Positions 1 through 8,073 of a stretch of DNA of 64,000 bases are shown here, one piece after another. The position numbers and the translations under genes were made by a program. A model generated the notes under the pieces. That model saw only the letters and a program-made list of their open reading frames with translations. It searched no databases and had not been told where the DNA came from. The DNA comes from an uncultured Clostridia bacterium (lineage in GTDB: Bacteria > Bacillota > Clostridia > TANB77 > CAG-508): NCBI GenBank assembly GCA_944386165.1, contig CALXAA010000006.1, forward strand, positions 4,557-68,556, given 5' to 3'. The stretch's first letter is position 1. The number at the start of each line of letters is the position of its first letter.

Positions 1-417
1 GATCCATTAGCAAATTTAATAGCACCACATATCACTTTAGCATTTCCATTTTCTGATGATATATCTAATGAAGAGCTAATTTCAAAATTAACCAGTTTGC
101 TAAAAAATTTTAAACCATTCACAATTAACTTTAAAGGAGTATCTTTATCTCATGATAATTATTTATTTTTAAATTGTGTTAAAGGAAATCAAGAAATTAT
201 ACAATTACATGATGAAATATATAACGAAATATTACCAAATCATCTCAAAAAATCTATTAAATACATTCCACACATTACGCTTGGGCAGTCAAACAGTATT
301 GAGGGACTAAATTCTTTTACATACGAATTTGAGTCAATTGTTGATGATGTTTCAATTGAATTAATAGGAAAAAATGAAGAATCAATTTTAATTAAAACCA
401 TAAATTTAGGAGGTTAA
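1..417 (+). CDS. 2H phosphoesterase superfamily protein (LigT / 2'-5' RNA ligase-like), 5' end cut by window edge
   Basis: Frame 1 is open from nt 1. Two H-x-T-x motifs are present (APHITLAF near nt 25, IPHITLGQ later). Stop TAA at 415-417. Confidence 0.6.
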   Translation, partial: DPLANLIAPHITLAFPFSDDISNEELISKLTSLLKNFKPFTINFKGVSLSHDNYLFLNCVKGNQEIIQLHDEIYNEILPNHLKKSIKYIPHITLGQSNSIEGLNSFTYEFESIVDDVSIELIGKNEESILIKTINLGG

Positions 418-422
418 TTGTA

Positions 423-785
423 ATGCCAAACCTATATATCATAACTGGTCCAGCAGGAGTTGGAAAAAGTACAGTTTCAAAAAAACTTGCTATAGCAAGT
501 AAAAAATCTGCATTAATTGAGGGTGATGATATTTATCACCAAGTTGTTGGTGGATATGTACCAGCCTGGAAGGAAAAATTTGTTGTTTTATTGGTAGATG
601 AAGCTACTTTGCTTTTAAGAGATAAATCAAGACCTGAAGATTGTCAAATGAAAGAACGTTGTATTACTTTATTAAATAATTTTAAAAATAGGAATTATAA
701 TCCTCAAAATATATTGGATACAACTAATTTGTCTGTTGAGGAAATAATTAATATTATCCAAAATGATAATAAATTTATTTTGTGA
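423..785 (+). CDS. P-loop NTPase/kinase-like protein, apparently internally deleted (120 aa)
   Basis: Walker A motif ITGPAGVGKST is followed by ALIEGDDIYH. The sequence then jumps from PAWKE straight to KFVVLLVDE...RPEDCQM. An RBS ggaggt lies upstream at 408-413. Confidence 0.55.
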   Translation: MPNLYIITGPAGVGKSTVSKKLAIASKKSALIEGDDIYHQVVGGYVPAWKEKFVVLLVDEATLLLRDKSRPEDCQMKERCITLLNNFKNRNYNPQNILDTTNLSVEEIINIIQNDNKFIL

Positions 786-796
786 GAGGTCTCTGT

Positions 797-1558
797 ATGA
801 ATAGTATAGAATTTTTGAATAAAATTTTAAATGTAAAAATTGATAGACCAATAGGAAGTAGCCATCCTGATTATCCTAATCATATTTATTTAGTTAATTA
901 TGGATATGTTCCAAATACAATTAGTGGAGATGGCGAAGAACTGGATTGTTACATATTAGGAGAATACAAGCCTTTAAAAGAGTATACAGGAAAATGTATT
1001 GCAATAATTCATAGATTAAATGATGATGATGATAAACTTGTTATAGCTCCAGAAAATAAGAATTTTACCAATAATGAAATCAAATTATTGACAGATTTTC
1101 AAGAAAAATTTTTTGAAAGTGAAATTATAAGAAGTTCAGATTATCTTGAGTTTAATAAAAATATTCCTGAATTATCTGTTACTAATTTAGAAAATAGTTT
1201 GAATTTTTATAAAACTGCTGGTTTTAAAATTGAGTATGATAGGTCTGAAAATAAATTTGCATTTATTAGTTTGGATGAAATACAATTTATGTTACAAGAA
1301 ATTTCTACAAATGATAAATGGGATATTGCCCCTCTTTCCTATCCTTTTGGTAATGGAATAAATTTTCAACTGGAAGTAACTAATTTAGATAAAATCTATA
1401 ATAGTTTTAAAAATGCGAATTATAAAATCACATTTGATATTGAAGAAAATTGGTATCGCCAAGATAATAAATTATTAGGAAATAAAGAATTTTTAATACA
1501 GGATCCTGATGGATTTCTGCTAAGATTTTCTGAAGATTTGGGTGAAAAGGATGTATGA
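797..1558 (+). CDS. Fusion protein: small inorganic-diphosphatase-like N-domain plus VOC/glyoxalase-bleomycin-resistance-like C-domain
   Basis: N-domain: IDRPIGSSHPDYPNHIYLVNYGYVPNTISGDGEELDCYILG. C-domain: FLIQDPDGFLLRFSE. ATG at 797 has RBS gagagg 7 nt upstream. The track ORF begins at GTG 782. Confidence 0.6.
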   Translation: MNSIEFLNKILNVKIDRPIGSSHPDYPNHIYLVNYGYVPNTISGDGEELDCYILGEYKPLKEYTGKCIAIIHRLNDDDDKLVIAPENKNFTNNEIKLLTDFQEKFFESEIIRSSDYLEFNKNIPELSVTNLENSLNFYKTAGFKIEYDRSENKFAFISLDEIQFMLQEISTNDKWDIAPLSYPFGNGINFQLEVTNLDKIYNSFKNANYKITFDIEENWYRQDNKLLGNKEFLIQDPDGFLLRFSEDLGEKDV

Positions 1559-1561
1559 AAT

Positions 1562-2041
1562 ATGGTTGAAATAATAAATTATGATAATAAATATGCTGAA
1601 GATATTTCGAGAATTATTATACAAAACTTGTTAGAAATTAATTCTAAAGATTATAGTTTAGAATTTGTTAAAAAAACATCTGAAGAATTTACTCTAGATG
1701 AAATTAAAAAGAATTTTCCTAAAAGAACAAAAGTATTTATTTCTTTAGAAAATGATGAAGTTGTTGGTACTACTAGTCTTGATAAGTCTTGGTACAATAA
1801 TGATGGCGAATATTGGATTTTAAGTGTTTTTGTTGATATATCTCATCACAACCAAGGTATTGGTAAAATGCTTATAAATAAAGTAGAACAATTTGCCAAA
1901 ACTATCTCAGCAAAAAAATTAGTAATTCCTGCATCTATTACTGGATGTGAATTTTATCATAAATTAGGATATGAATATAAAAATGGTAAAAAAGAATTAA
2001 ATGAAGAAAATATGTATATAATGGAAAAATATTTGTATTAG
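1562..2041 (+). CDS. GNAT family N-acetyltransferase
   Basis: Acetyl-CoA binding motif HHNQGIGKMLINKVEQFA (Q/RxxGxG/A). Length 159 aa. Confidence 0.8.
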   Translation: MVEIINYDNKYAEDISRIIIQNLLEINSKDYSLEFVKKTSEEFTLDEIKKNFPKRTKVFISLENDEVVGTTSLDKSWYNNDGEYWILSVFVDISHHNQGIGKMLINKVEQFAKTISAKKLVIPASITGCEFYHKLGYEYKNGKKELNEENMYIMEKYLY

Positions 2042-2075
2042 TAATTATATTTCTAAAAAATTTAGGAGGTATCTT

Positions 2076-2489
2076 ATGAACATAAAATTAGATTATTCTA
2101 TTTCAAGTGATGAATTTTTAGAAATGGTTGAATCTGTTGGTTGGAAGACATATTCAAGGGAGCAAGTTGAAAAAGCTCTAAAAAATACAATGTATATGGT
2201 AAAAGCAACTATTGATGGCAAACTTGCAGGAATCGGACGAGTTGTTGGTGATAATAGCATTGTTTGTATGTTGACTGATATTTGTGTTAAGCCAGAATTT
2301 CAAGGACATGGTATTGGATTAAAAATTACGTTGGAATTGAAAAAATTAATAGAAGAAAATGTATCTACTGGAGAAAAAATGCAAATAGAACTTACCCCTA
2401 CTGCTGGAAAGGAAGCTTTTTATCAAAAAGCTGGCTTTAAATATAAACCAGATAAAATAACTGGTATGTATTTATGGATTAAAAAATAA
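2076..2489 (+). CDS. GNAT family N-acetyltransferase
   Basis: Motif VKPEFQGHGIGLKITLEL. Strong RBS aggagg upstream. Length 137 aa. Confidence 0.8.
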   Translation: MNIKLDYSISSDEFLEMVESVGWKTYSREQVEKALKNTMYMVKATIDGKLAGIGRVVGDNSIVCMLTDICVKPEFQGHGIGLKITLELKKLIEENVSTGEKMQIELTPTAGKEAFYQKAGFKYKPDKITGMYLWIKK

Positions 2490-2643
2490 TTTCATATAAT
2501 TGACAAAAAATATAATCAATGTTTTAATATTATTAAATATCAAAATAATTAATTATAATACAGTTTAATAATAGTTTAAATTGTTGTAAATAAATAGAAA
2601 AGATATAAATATTAAAAAAATATATAGAAAGGGTTTTAATAAT

Positions 2644-3396
2644 ATGGATGAACAACAATTAAGTAATTTAAAAAATGAATTATCTAAAATAAGAGATAAT
2701 ATAGGACAAGTATATTCACAAGACAGCAACAATCAAACAAAAGAAGAAATTTCTAATGAATTACAATCTAGTTGGAGAAAATTTAAAGAATTACTACAAG
2801 ATGCTCCAATTGAAAATAAAGATATTTTATTAGATGAATTAGGAACTGATTTCTTTAATGGTTTAAGTGATAGATGTGTTACTGATAGAGCAGATAATTT
2901 TATTATGATACTTGAGGGATATATTAGTGGAATTCAAACTCATTTAAATGAAAAAGATTATGATACTTTAAATCGAAGCAATATTAGAAGTGGCCTTGTT
3001 GGTTCTTTAGAAGAATATGGTGAAGATAGAAGTTCTGAGCCAATGATCGAAACTTATAGAGAAGAAGCTTATTATATTATAAGAAAATTAGGAACAAGAA
3101 TTGATATAAATCCAGAGGATTTTATTATGCAATATAAAACAGCTTTTGATAGACTTCTAGAACAGAGTCATGAAAATATAAATGAACTATTGAAAAATGA
3201 TAGAGTTAGTCTTATAAATGAAATTGAAAATTTATTACCAGAAACTGAAAAAGAAGCTTTTAAAAATTCTTTAAAAGAAGGTGCCCCTACTTTGGAGCAG
3301 CAAGAAGAAGATAGTAAAAAGTTTATGGATAGCCAACAAAATCAAGATGATTTAAAAGATATTAAGCCTTTAAATACTGATTTTAGAATGATATAG
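2644..3396 (+). CDS. Hypothetical acidic, helix-rich protein (250 aa)
   Basis: Long ORF in an AT-rich context, followed by a terminator. No motif recognised. Confidence 0.55.
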   Translation: MDEQQLSNLKNELSKIRDNIGQVYSQDSNNQTKEEISNELQSSWRKFKELLQDAPIENKDILLDELGTDFFNGLSDRCVTDRADNFIMILEGYISGIQTHLNEKDYDTLNRSNIRSGLVGSLEEYGEDRSSEPMIETYREEAYYIIRKLGTRIDINPEDFIMQYKTAFDRLLEQSHENINELLKNDRVSLINEIENLLPETEKEAFKNSLKEGAPTLEQQEEDSKKFMDSQQNQDDLKDIKPLNTDFRMI

Positions 3397-3464
3397 AAAA
3401 TATTTTTGCCAACCACTGTTCACTGGTAAAACCTGTTGATTATTCAAGCTAAAGTGCCATTTAT

Positions 3465-3506
3465 AAAAACCTTCCTTGATGTTTTATCATGGAAGGTTTT
3501 TTCATA
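3465..3506. terminator. Bidirectional intrinsic terminator between convergent genes
   Basis: Stem aaaaaccttcc / ggaaggttttt flanked by an A-run and a T-run. Confidence 0.6.
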
Positions 3507-3594
3507 TTTTTTCTCTAATATCTTATATATTATTATCTTCAAGTTTTACAGTGGAGTGGATCAGCACTTTCTCCCCAAAACTAAATTCTCAACT

Positions 3595-4068
3595 CTATTT
3601 CAAATCATTATTAATTTTGTGTACAGGAAACTTGTTTTCTTTCAATATTGTTTTTGATACTTGTGGCAATAATGGATATTCATCTATTTTGTCTAAATCT
3701 AACCATTCGTATTGCAAGAAGTCTTCCCCCTCATTATTTTTTAATGTGTATTCTATTTTTTTGTCTTCCTCATTTACAAATTCTGCTTTATGTATAAATA
3801 GTATTTCATGAAATTTACTGCCTTTCATTTCGAAGAAATTTTCTATTGTTCCAATATATCCAGTCACTTCTATTTCTTTATTAAGCTCTTCTTTTATCTC
3901 TCTTTTTACAGTAGTTTCTGAATCTTCTCCTATCTTTACCCTTCCACCTAATAATGCATAATGGTCTGAGTTTATGTTTTTATGTACTAATATTTTATTA
4001 TTGTGAATTATAACTACTACTGCTCTTATATTTAATTTATAGTCTTCTACATCTATTGTTAAATCCAT
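3595..4068 (-). CDS. NUDIX hydrolase
   Basis: Nudix box GGRVKIGEDSETTVKREIKEELN. RBS gggagg upstream. Confidence 0.85.
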   Translation of the reverse strand: MDLTIDVEDYKLNIRAVVVIIHNNKILVHKNINSDHYALLGGRVKIGEDSETTVKREIKEELNKEIEVTGYIGTIENFFEMKGSKFHEILFIHKAEFVNEEDKKIEYTLKNNEGEDFLQYEWLDLDKIDEYPLLPQVSKTILKENKFPVHKINNDLK

Positions 4069-4097
4069 TTTTGCTTTCCTCCCATTATAATAATTTT

Positions 4098-4676
4098 TTA
4101 ATATATATAATCTTTTATAATGTCATAAAGCTTATGTGTTGGAAATCCTATTGCTGTTGTGTAATTTCCTTCTATTTTTTCTACAAATACGCAAAATTCA
4201 TTTTGCATGCCATATGCTCCTGCTTTGTCCATTGCATTTCCTGTTTCTATCCATCTGTCTATTTCTTGGTCTGTCATTTGTTTTAAAAATACTTTTACTT
4301 CATCATGTGTTTTTATTTCTTGGTGATTACCGTCTTTGTCTATTATTACACTTAGTCCAGTAAATATGCTGTGTGTTCTGTCTCCTTCTAGTAATTCTTT
4401 TATCATTTGTTTTGCATGTTCTTTGCTTTTTGGCTTTCCATATATTTTTCCGTTTTTTGTTACAATGGTGTCTGAGCCAATAATTATTCTGTTTCCCTTA
4501 GTTTTTTCGTAAATGTCTTGTGCTTTTATATGTGCTAATCTTTCAACTTGTTCTTGTGGTGTTAATCCGTCTTTTAGTTCTTCGTTTACCCCGCTTACCA
4601 TAATTTTGAATTCTGGTACTATTAGTTTTAATAGTTCTTTTCTTCTTGGTGAACCAGATGCTAATATGATTTTCAT
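4098..4676 (-). CDS. maf: Maf-like nucleoside triphosphate pyrophosphatase
   Basis: N-terminus MKIILASGSPRRKELL; later GKPKSKEHAKQM and AGAYGMQ. Length 192 aa. Confidence 0.9.
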   Translation of the reverse strand: MKIILASGSPRRKELLKLIVPEFKIMVSGVNEELKDGLTPQEQVERLAHIKAQDIYEKTKGNRIIIGSDTIVTKNGKIYGKPKSKEHAKQMIKELLEGDRTHSIFTGLSVIIDKDGNHQEIKTHDEVKVFLKQMTDQEIDRWIETGNAMDKAGAYGMQNEFCVFVEKIEGNYTTAIGFPTHKLYDIIKDYIY

Positions 4677-4818
4677 TTCTATTTTCTCCTATCAATTTTT
4701 TATTACTATATCATAATAATTTTCAAAAGTCTACAAAAATTTTGCATTTATCTTGTTATCTTTCTCGTTTTGTGATAAATTAAATTTAGATATTAATAAA
4801 TTTATTGAGGTGATAAAA

Positions 4819-5076
4819 ATGGAGTATATTTATAATCCTAAAGGTGTATGTTCAAAAGTTATGAAAATAGATGTTGAAAATAATGTAATTAAAAATGTTG
4901 AAATTATTGGTGGATGTCCAGGAAATACTGTTGGAGTGGCAAGATTAGTTAAAGGTATGGATATTGATGAGGCAATTAAGAAGCTTAAGGGTATATTATG
5001 TGGTAATAAGGGAACTTCTTGTCCAGACCAACTAGCAAAAGCTTTGGAGAATATAAAAAACACGCAAAACACATAA
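4819..5076 (+). CDS. TSCPD-domain small protein (TIGR03905-like 4-Cys family)
   Basis: Motifs GGCPGNTVGVARLVKGM and CGNKGTSCPDQLAKAL. ATG 4819 has RBS gagg. The track ORF starts at an upstream TTG at 4753. Confidence 0.7.
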   Translation: MEYIYNPKGVCSKVMKIDVENNVIKNVEIIGGCPGNTVGVARLVKGMDIDEAIKKLKGILCGNKGTSCPDQLAKALENIKNTQNT

Positions 5077-5117
5077 ATTTCTCCTTAAATCTGTTTATTA
5101 AAAAACCTTTCTTGACA

Positions 5118-5723
5118 TTAACTGTTTATTACTTCTTCAATTTGTTTGATTGTGATTGGACCTGGTCGTATTATTTTGATTTGTTCTAGTGTGCAATCTA
5201 CTATTGTACTGGCTTTTCCAAATAATACTTTTCCTTCCATCATTCCGTCTAAATTTGGACATGATTTTTCTATTTCTTCTAAGTTAGTGCAAGTTGGTTC
5301 TCCACTCTGATTTGCACTACTCATAAAAATTGGGCTTTCTACTTTTCTGATTAATTTTTCTAATGCTTTTGAAGTTGCCATTCTTACTGCAATGGTATCT
5401 TTCCCATTGTTTACATATGCTGGTACTTCTGGTTTTTTCTTTAAAATTAATGTAATTGGTCCTGGCATGAATGCATGAATTAATTTTTCTGCTTTTTTGT
5501 CTACTAGTGCAATATTTTTTATCTGTTCTTCATCAGTACACATAATTGGCAATAATTTTGTAATTGGACGATGTTTGATTGATATTAATTTATCATGTGC
5601 TTTTACTGAGTTTATTCTTGCACATATCCCATAAACTGTGTCTGTTGGTACACTAATAACACCGTCATTTTTTAGTATTTTTGCTAATTTATTTATTTCA
5701 TTTTGTTTATATCTTTTTATCAT
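5118..5723 (-). CDS. tsaC: L-threonylcarbamoyladenylate synthase (YrdC/Sua5/TsaC family)
   Basis: Motifs PTDTVYGICA, SSANQSGEP, TIVDCT...IIRPGPIT. Length 201 aa, so YrdC domain only. Confidence 0.85.
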   Translation of the reverse strand: MIKRYKQNEINKLAKILKNDGVISVPTDTVYGICARINSVKAHDKLISIKHRPITKLLPIMCTDEEQIKNIALVDKKAEKLIHAFMPGPITLILKKKPEVPAYVNNGKDTIAVRMATSKALEKLIRKVESPIFMSSANQSGEPTCTNLEEIEKSCPNLDGMMEGKVLFGKASTIVDCTLEQIKIIRPGPITIKQIEEVINS

Positions 5724-5801
5724 ATTTATTTCTCCATTGTTTTAATATTTTGTAAACAGAATAAATTATAACATCTTAACAAAAAAAAGTATATAATTTT
5801 A

Positions 5802-5831
5802 TTGACATTTTGTATACAAACTGTGTATAAT
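5802..5831 (+). promoter_or_regulatory. Sigma-70 type promoter for the 5908 gene
   Basis: TTGACA, 18-nt spacer ending TGTG, then TATAAT. Confidence 0.5.
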
Positions 5832-5907
5832 CAATAGTGGCTTTTAAAGATAAGCTTTTTTATTCAATGTTCTAAAAAATTTTTTTCAAAATTAAAAAGG
5901 AGGCAAT

Positions 5908-6900
5908 ATGTTAAAAATATATAATATTAAAGAAAAACAAGAATTTCTTCGAGAAGTTGCCGAACTAACACAAAGAGAATGGGGTCATCAGACAAATTCT
6001 GAAGAAGAATTTGAAAAAAAGGTTCAAAATAAGATTCCTAAAATTGTTCAAAACTTTAATAATCCTTCATATTGCAAATTGATTTTACTGGAAAATAATA
6101 CTTTAATAGGTTTTGTATCTATCTTCCCTACTGATGGAGATGAAAGAATTGATCTAACTCCTTGGTATGCTACTATGTTTGTTAAAGAAGAATATAGAGG
6201 CAACGGTTATTCTAAAATTCTTAATGATGCTATTTTGTCTGAGGCTCGAAAGAGAAATATCCCTAAATTATATTTAAAAACAAGTTTGAATAATTATTAT
6301 GAAAAATTTGGTGCTACTTATTTGAAAACACTGCAAAACGTAGAAAAATTATATTGTTTTGATATTAAAACAAATAGAATTTCAATTATTGGAGGCTCTG
6401 GTAGTGGTAAAAGTACTTTGGCTAATATATTGTCTAAAGTATTAGATATTCCTGCTATTCATTTGGATGCTATTAATTATAATGCAAATTGGGTTGAGAT
6501 AGATAAACATAAAAGAGATGAAATTATTTCTTCAAAATCTAAAGAAGATAAATGGATTATTGATGGCAATTATAATAAGACCTTAAAAGAACGTTTGGAT
6601 AGAGCTGATTTAATTATTTGGTTAGATTATTCAACTTTTGCACATTTGAAAGGTGTTTCAAAAAGGATTATAAAGAATTTTAATAAGGAAAAATTTGAGC
6701 TTCCTGGTTGCAAAGAACGTCTTGATTTTAATTTTATCAAGTATGTCATTACATATAATAAAAAGAATCGTCCTAAAGTTCTGGAATTGCTTAATGATGT
6801 TCCTCATTATAAATTATTAGTTTTTAAAAAGCAAAAAGATTTGAATAATTGGTTAAAGAGTTTTTCTAAAAATGAAAATATATTGGATATGATAAAATAA
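5908..6900 (+). CDS. Fusion protein: GNAT acetyltransferase plus adenylate-kinase-like P-loop domain (topology-modulation FlaR-like)
   Basis: N-domain: EEYRGNGYSKILNDAI. C-domain: ISIIGGSGSGKSTLANILSKVLDIPAIHLD ... WIIDGNY ... ADLIIWLD. Confidence 0.75.
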   Translation: MLKIYNIKEKQEFLREVAELTQREWGHQTNSEEEFEKKVQNKIPKIVQNFNNPSYCKLILLENNTLIGFVSIFPTDGDERIDLTPWYATMFVKEEYRGNGYSKILNDAILSEARKRNIPKLYLKTSLNNYYEKFGATYLKTLQNVEKLYCFDIKTNRISIIGGSGSGKSTLANILSKVLDIPAIHLDAINYNANWVEIDKHKRDEIISSKSKEDKWIIDGNYNKTLKERLDRADLIIWLDYSTFAHLKGVSKRIIKNFNKEKFELPGCKERLDFNFIKYVITYNKKNRPKVLELLNDVPHYKLLVFKKQKDLNNWLKSFSKNENILDMIK

Positions 6901-6937
6901 TTTTTAAAACAATGTTTACCTTGGAAAGGAGTTTTTT

Positions 6938-7360
6938 ATGGATAAGTTTAAAGAAATAAGACCTATTGTTTTGGGGCTTGCAATTAAAAATAATAAATTA
7001 CTTGTTAGTGAAGGATATGACAAAGTTAAACATCAAACATTTTATAGATGTTTGGGTGGCGGAATTGAGTTTTTGGAAAAAAGTTCTGATGCTCTAAAAA
7101 GAGAGTTTCTTGAGGAAATTAACGTGAATATTATTGTTAAAGATTTTTTAGGTGTTTCTGAAAATATTTTTACCTACAATGGTAAAAATGCTCATGAATT
7201 AGTTTTTTATTATTCTATAGATTTGCCTGATGAAGATTATAAAGATGAATATTCTGTTATAGATGACCACGGCAAGTGCACGGCTATGTGGGTTGATATT
7301 GATGAGTTTAAAAATAAAAACAAAATATTATATCCTGAAAGTGTTTTTAAGTATATTTAA
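6938..7360 (+). CDS. NUDIX hydrolase
   Basis: Nudix box GGGIEFLEKSSDALKREFLEEINV. Confidence 0.75.
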   Translation: MDKFKEIRPIVLGLAIKNNKLLVSEGYDKVKHQTFYRCLGGGIEFLEKSSDALKREFLEEINVNIIVKDFLGVSENIFTYNGKNAHELVFYYSIDLPDEDYKDEYSVIDDHGKCTAMWVDIDEFKNKNKILYPESVFKYI

Positions 7361-7406
7361 TTTTATGTATATTGTAACATTTTTCTGGGCAAAACAATAA
7401 AATAAA

Positions 7407-7435
7407 TTGACATTGTAATTACTTTGTGTTACAAT
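7407..7435 (+). promoter_or_regulatory. Sigma-70 type promoter for the dinJ-yafQ pair
   Basis: TTGACA, 17-nt spacer (TGTGT extended -10), then TACAAT, about 30 nt upstream of ATG 7465. Confidence 0.5.
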
Positions 7436-7464
7436 TTAATTATAAAGATATGGAGGTGTTTACA

Positions 7465-7752
7465 ATGGCAAAAACAGATACAATAAATATTAGAATTGAA
7501 CCAGAATTAAAAAAAGAGGCTGAAAAAACGCTTAATGACCTTGGAATGAATGTAGCAGATGCTGTAACTGTTTTCTTAAAACAAGTTGTATTAACTGAAA
7601 GCATTCCTTTTGAAATAAAAAAGCCAAAATATAATAAAGAAACTATCGAAGCTATTAGGGAAGCTCTAGAAATGATTAAAAGCCCTGAAAAATATAAATC
7701 TTTTGATACTGTTGATGAATTAATGGAGGAGTTGAATAGCGAGGATGAGTAA
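7465..7752 (+). CDS. dinJ: RelB/DinJ family antitoxin
   Basis: MAKTDTINIRIEPELKKEAEKTLNDLGMNVADAVTVFLKQVV. RBS ggaggtg. Overlaps the toxin start by 8 nt. Confidence 0.8.
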   Translation: MAKTDTINIRIEPELKKEAEKTLNDLGMNVADAVTVFLKQVVLTESIPFEIKKPKYNKETIEAIREALEMIKSPEKYKSFDTVDELMEELNSEDE

Positions 7753-8030
7753 ATATAAAATTGAAATGACAAATAAATTCAAAAAAGATTACAAAAAAAT
7801 GCAAAATAGAAATAACTTTGACGATAAGGCTTTTAAAACAATAATTGAATTACTTTCAAATGGTGAAATATTACCTGAAAAATATTGCAATCATTTATTA
7901 GAGCCAAAAATAAATCGGTCTTTGGGAATGCCATATAAAACCTGATTGGCTATTAATATATACCAAAAACGATGATAAACTTATTTTAGTGTTAACTCGT
8001 ACAGGAACTCATGCAGATTTATTCGAATAA
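7745..8030 (+). pseudogene. yafQ: YafQ/RelE-family mRNA interferase toxin, frameshifted
   Basis: The first frame ends at TGA 7943-7945. The C-terminal part, GLWECHIKPDWLLIYTKNDDKLILVLTRTGTHADLFE, continues in another frame to TAA 8028-8030. The shift lies near the A-run at 7906-7918. Confidence 0.75.
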
Positions 8031-8035
8031 ACAGT

Positions 8036-8070
8036 AAAAGTCGCAGATTGCTCATCATCTGCGACTTTTA
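8036..8070. terminator. Bidirectional intrinsic terminator
   Basis: Stem gtcgcagat (8040-8048) / atctgcgac (8057-8065), with an A-run before and a T-run after. Confidence 0.7.
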
Positions 8071-8073
8071 TTA

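Noticed and set aside
3436-3811. Plus-strand ORFs 3436-3657 and 3476-3811
   Set aside because: They run through the bidirectional terminator and are antisense to the NUDIX gene. Their products are hydrophobic and junk-like.
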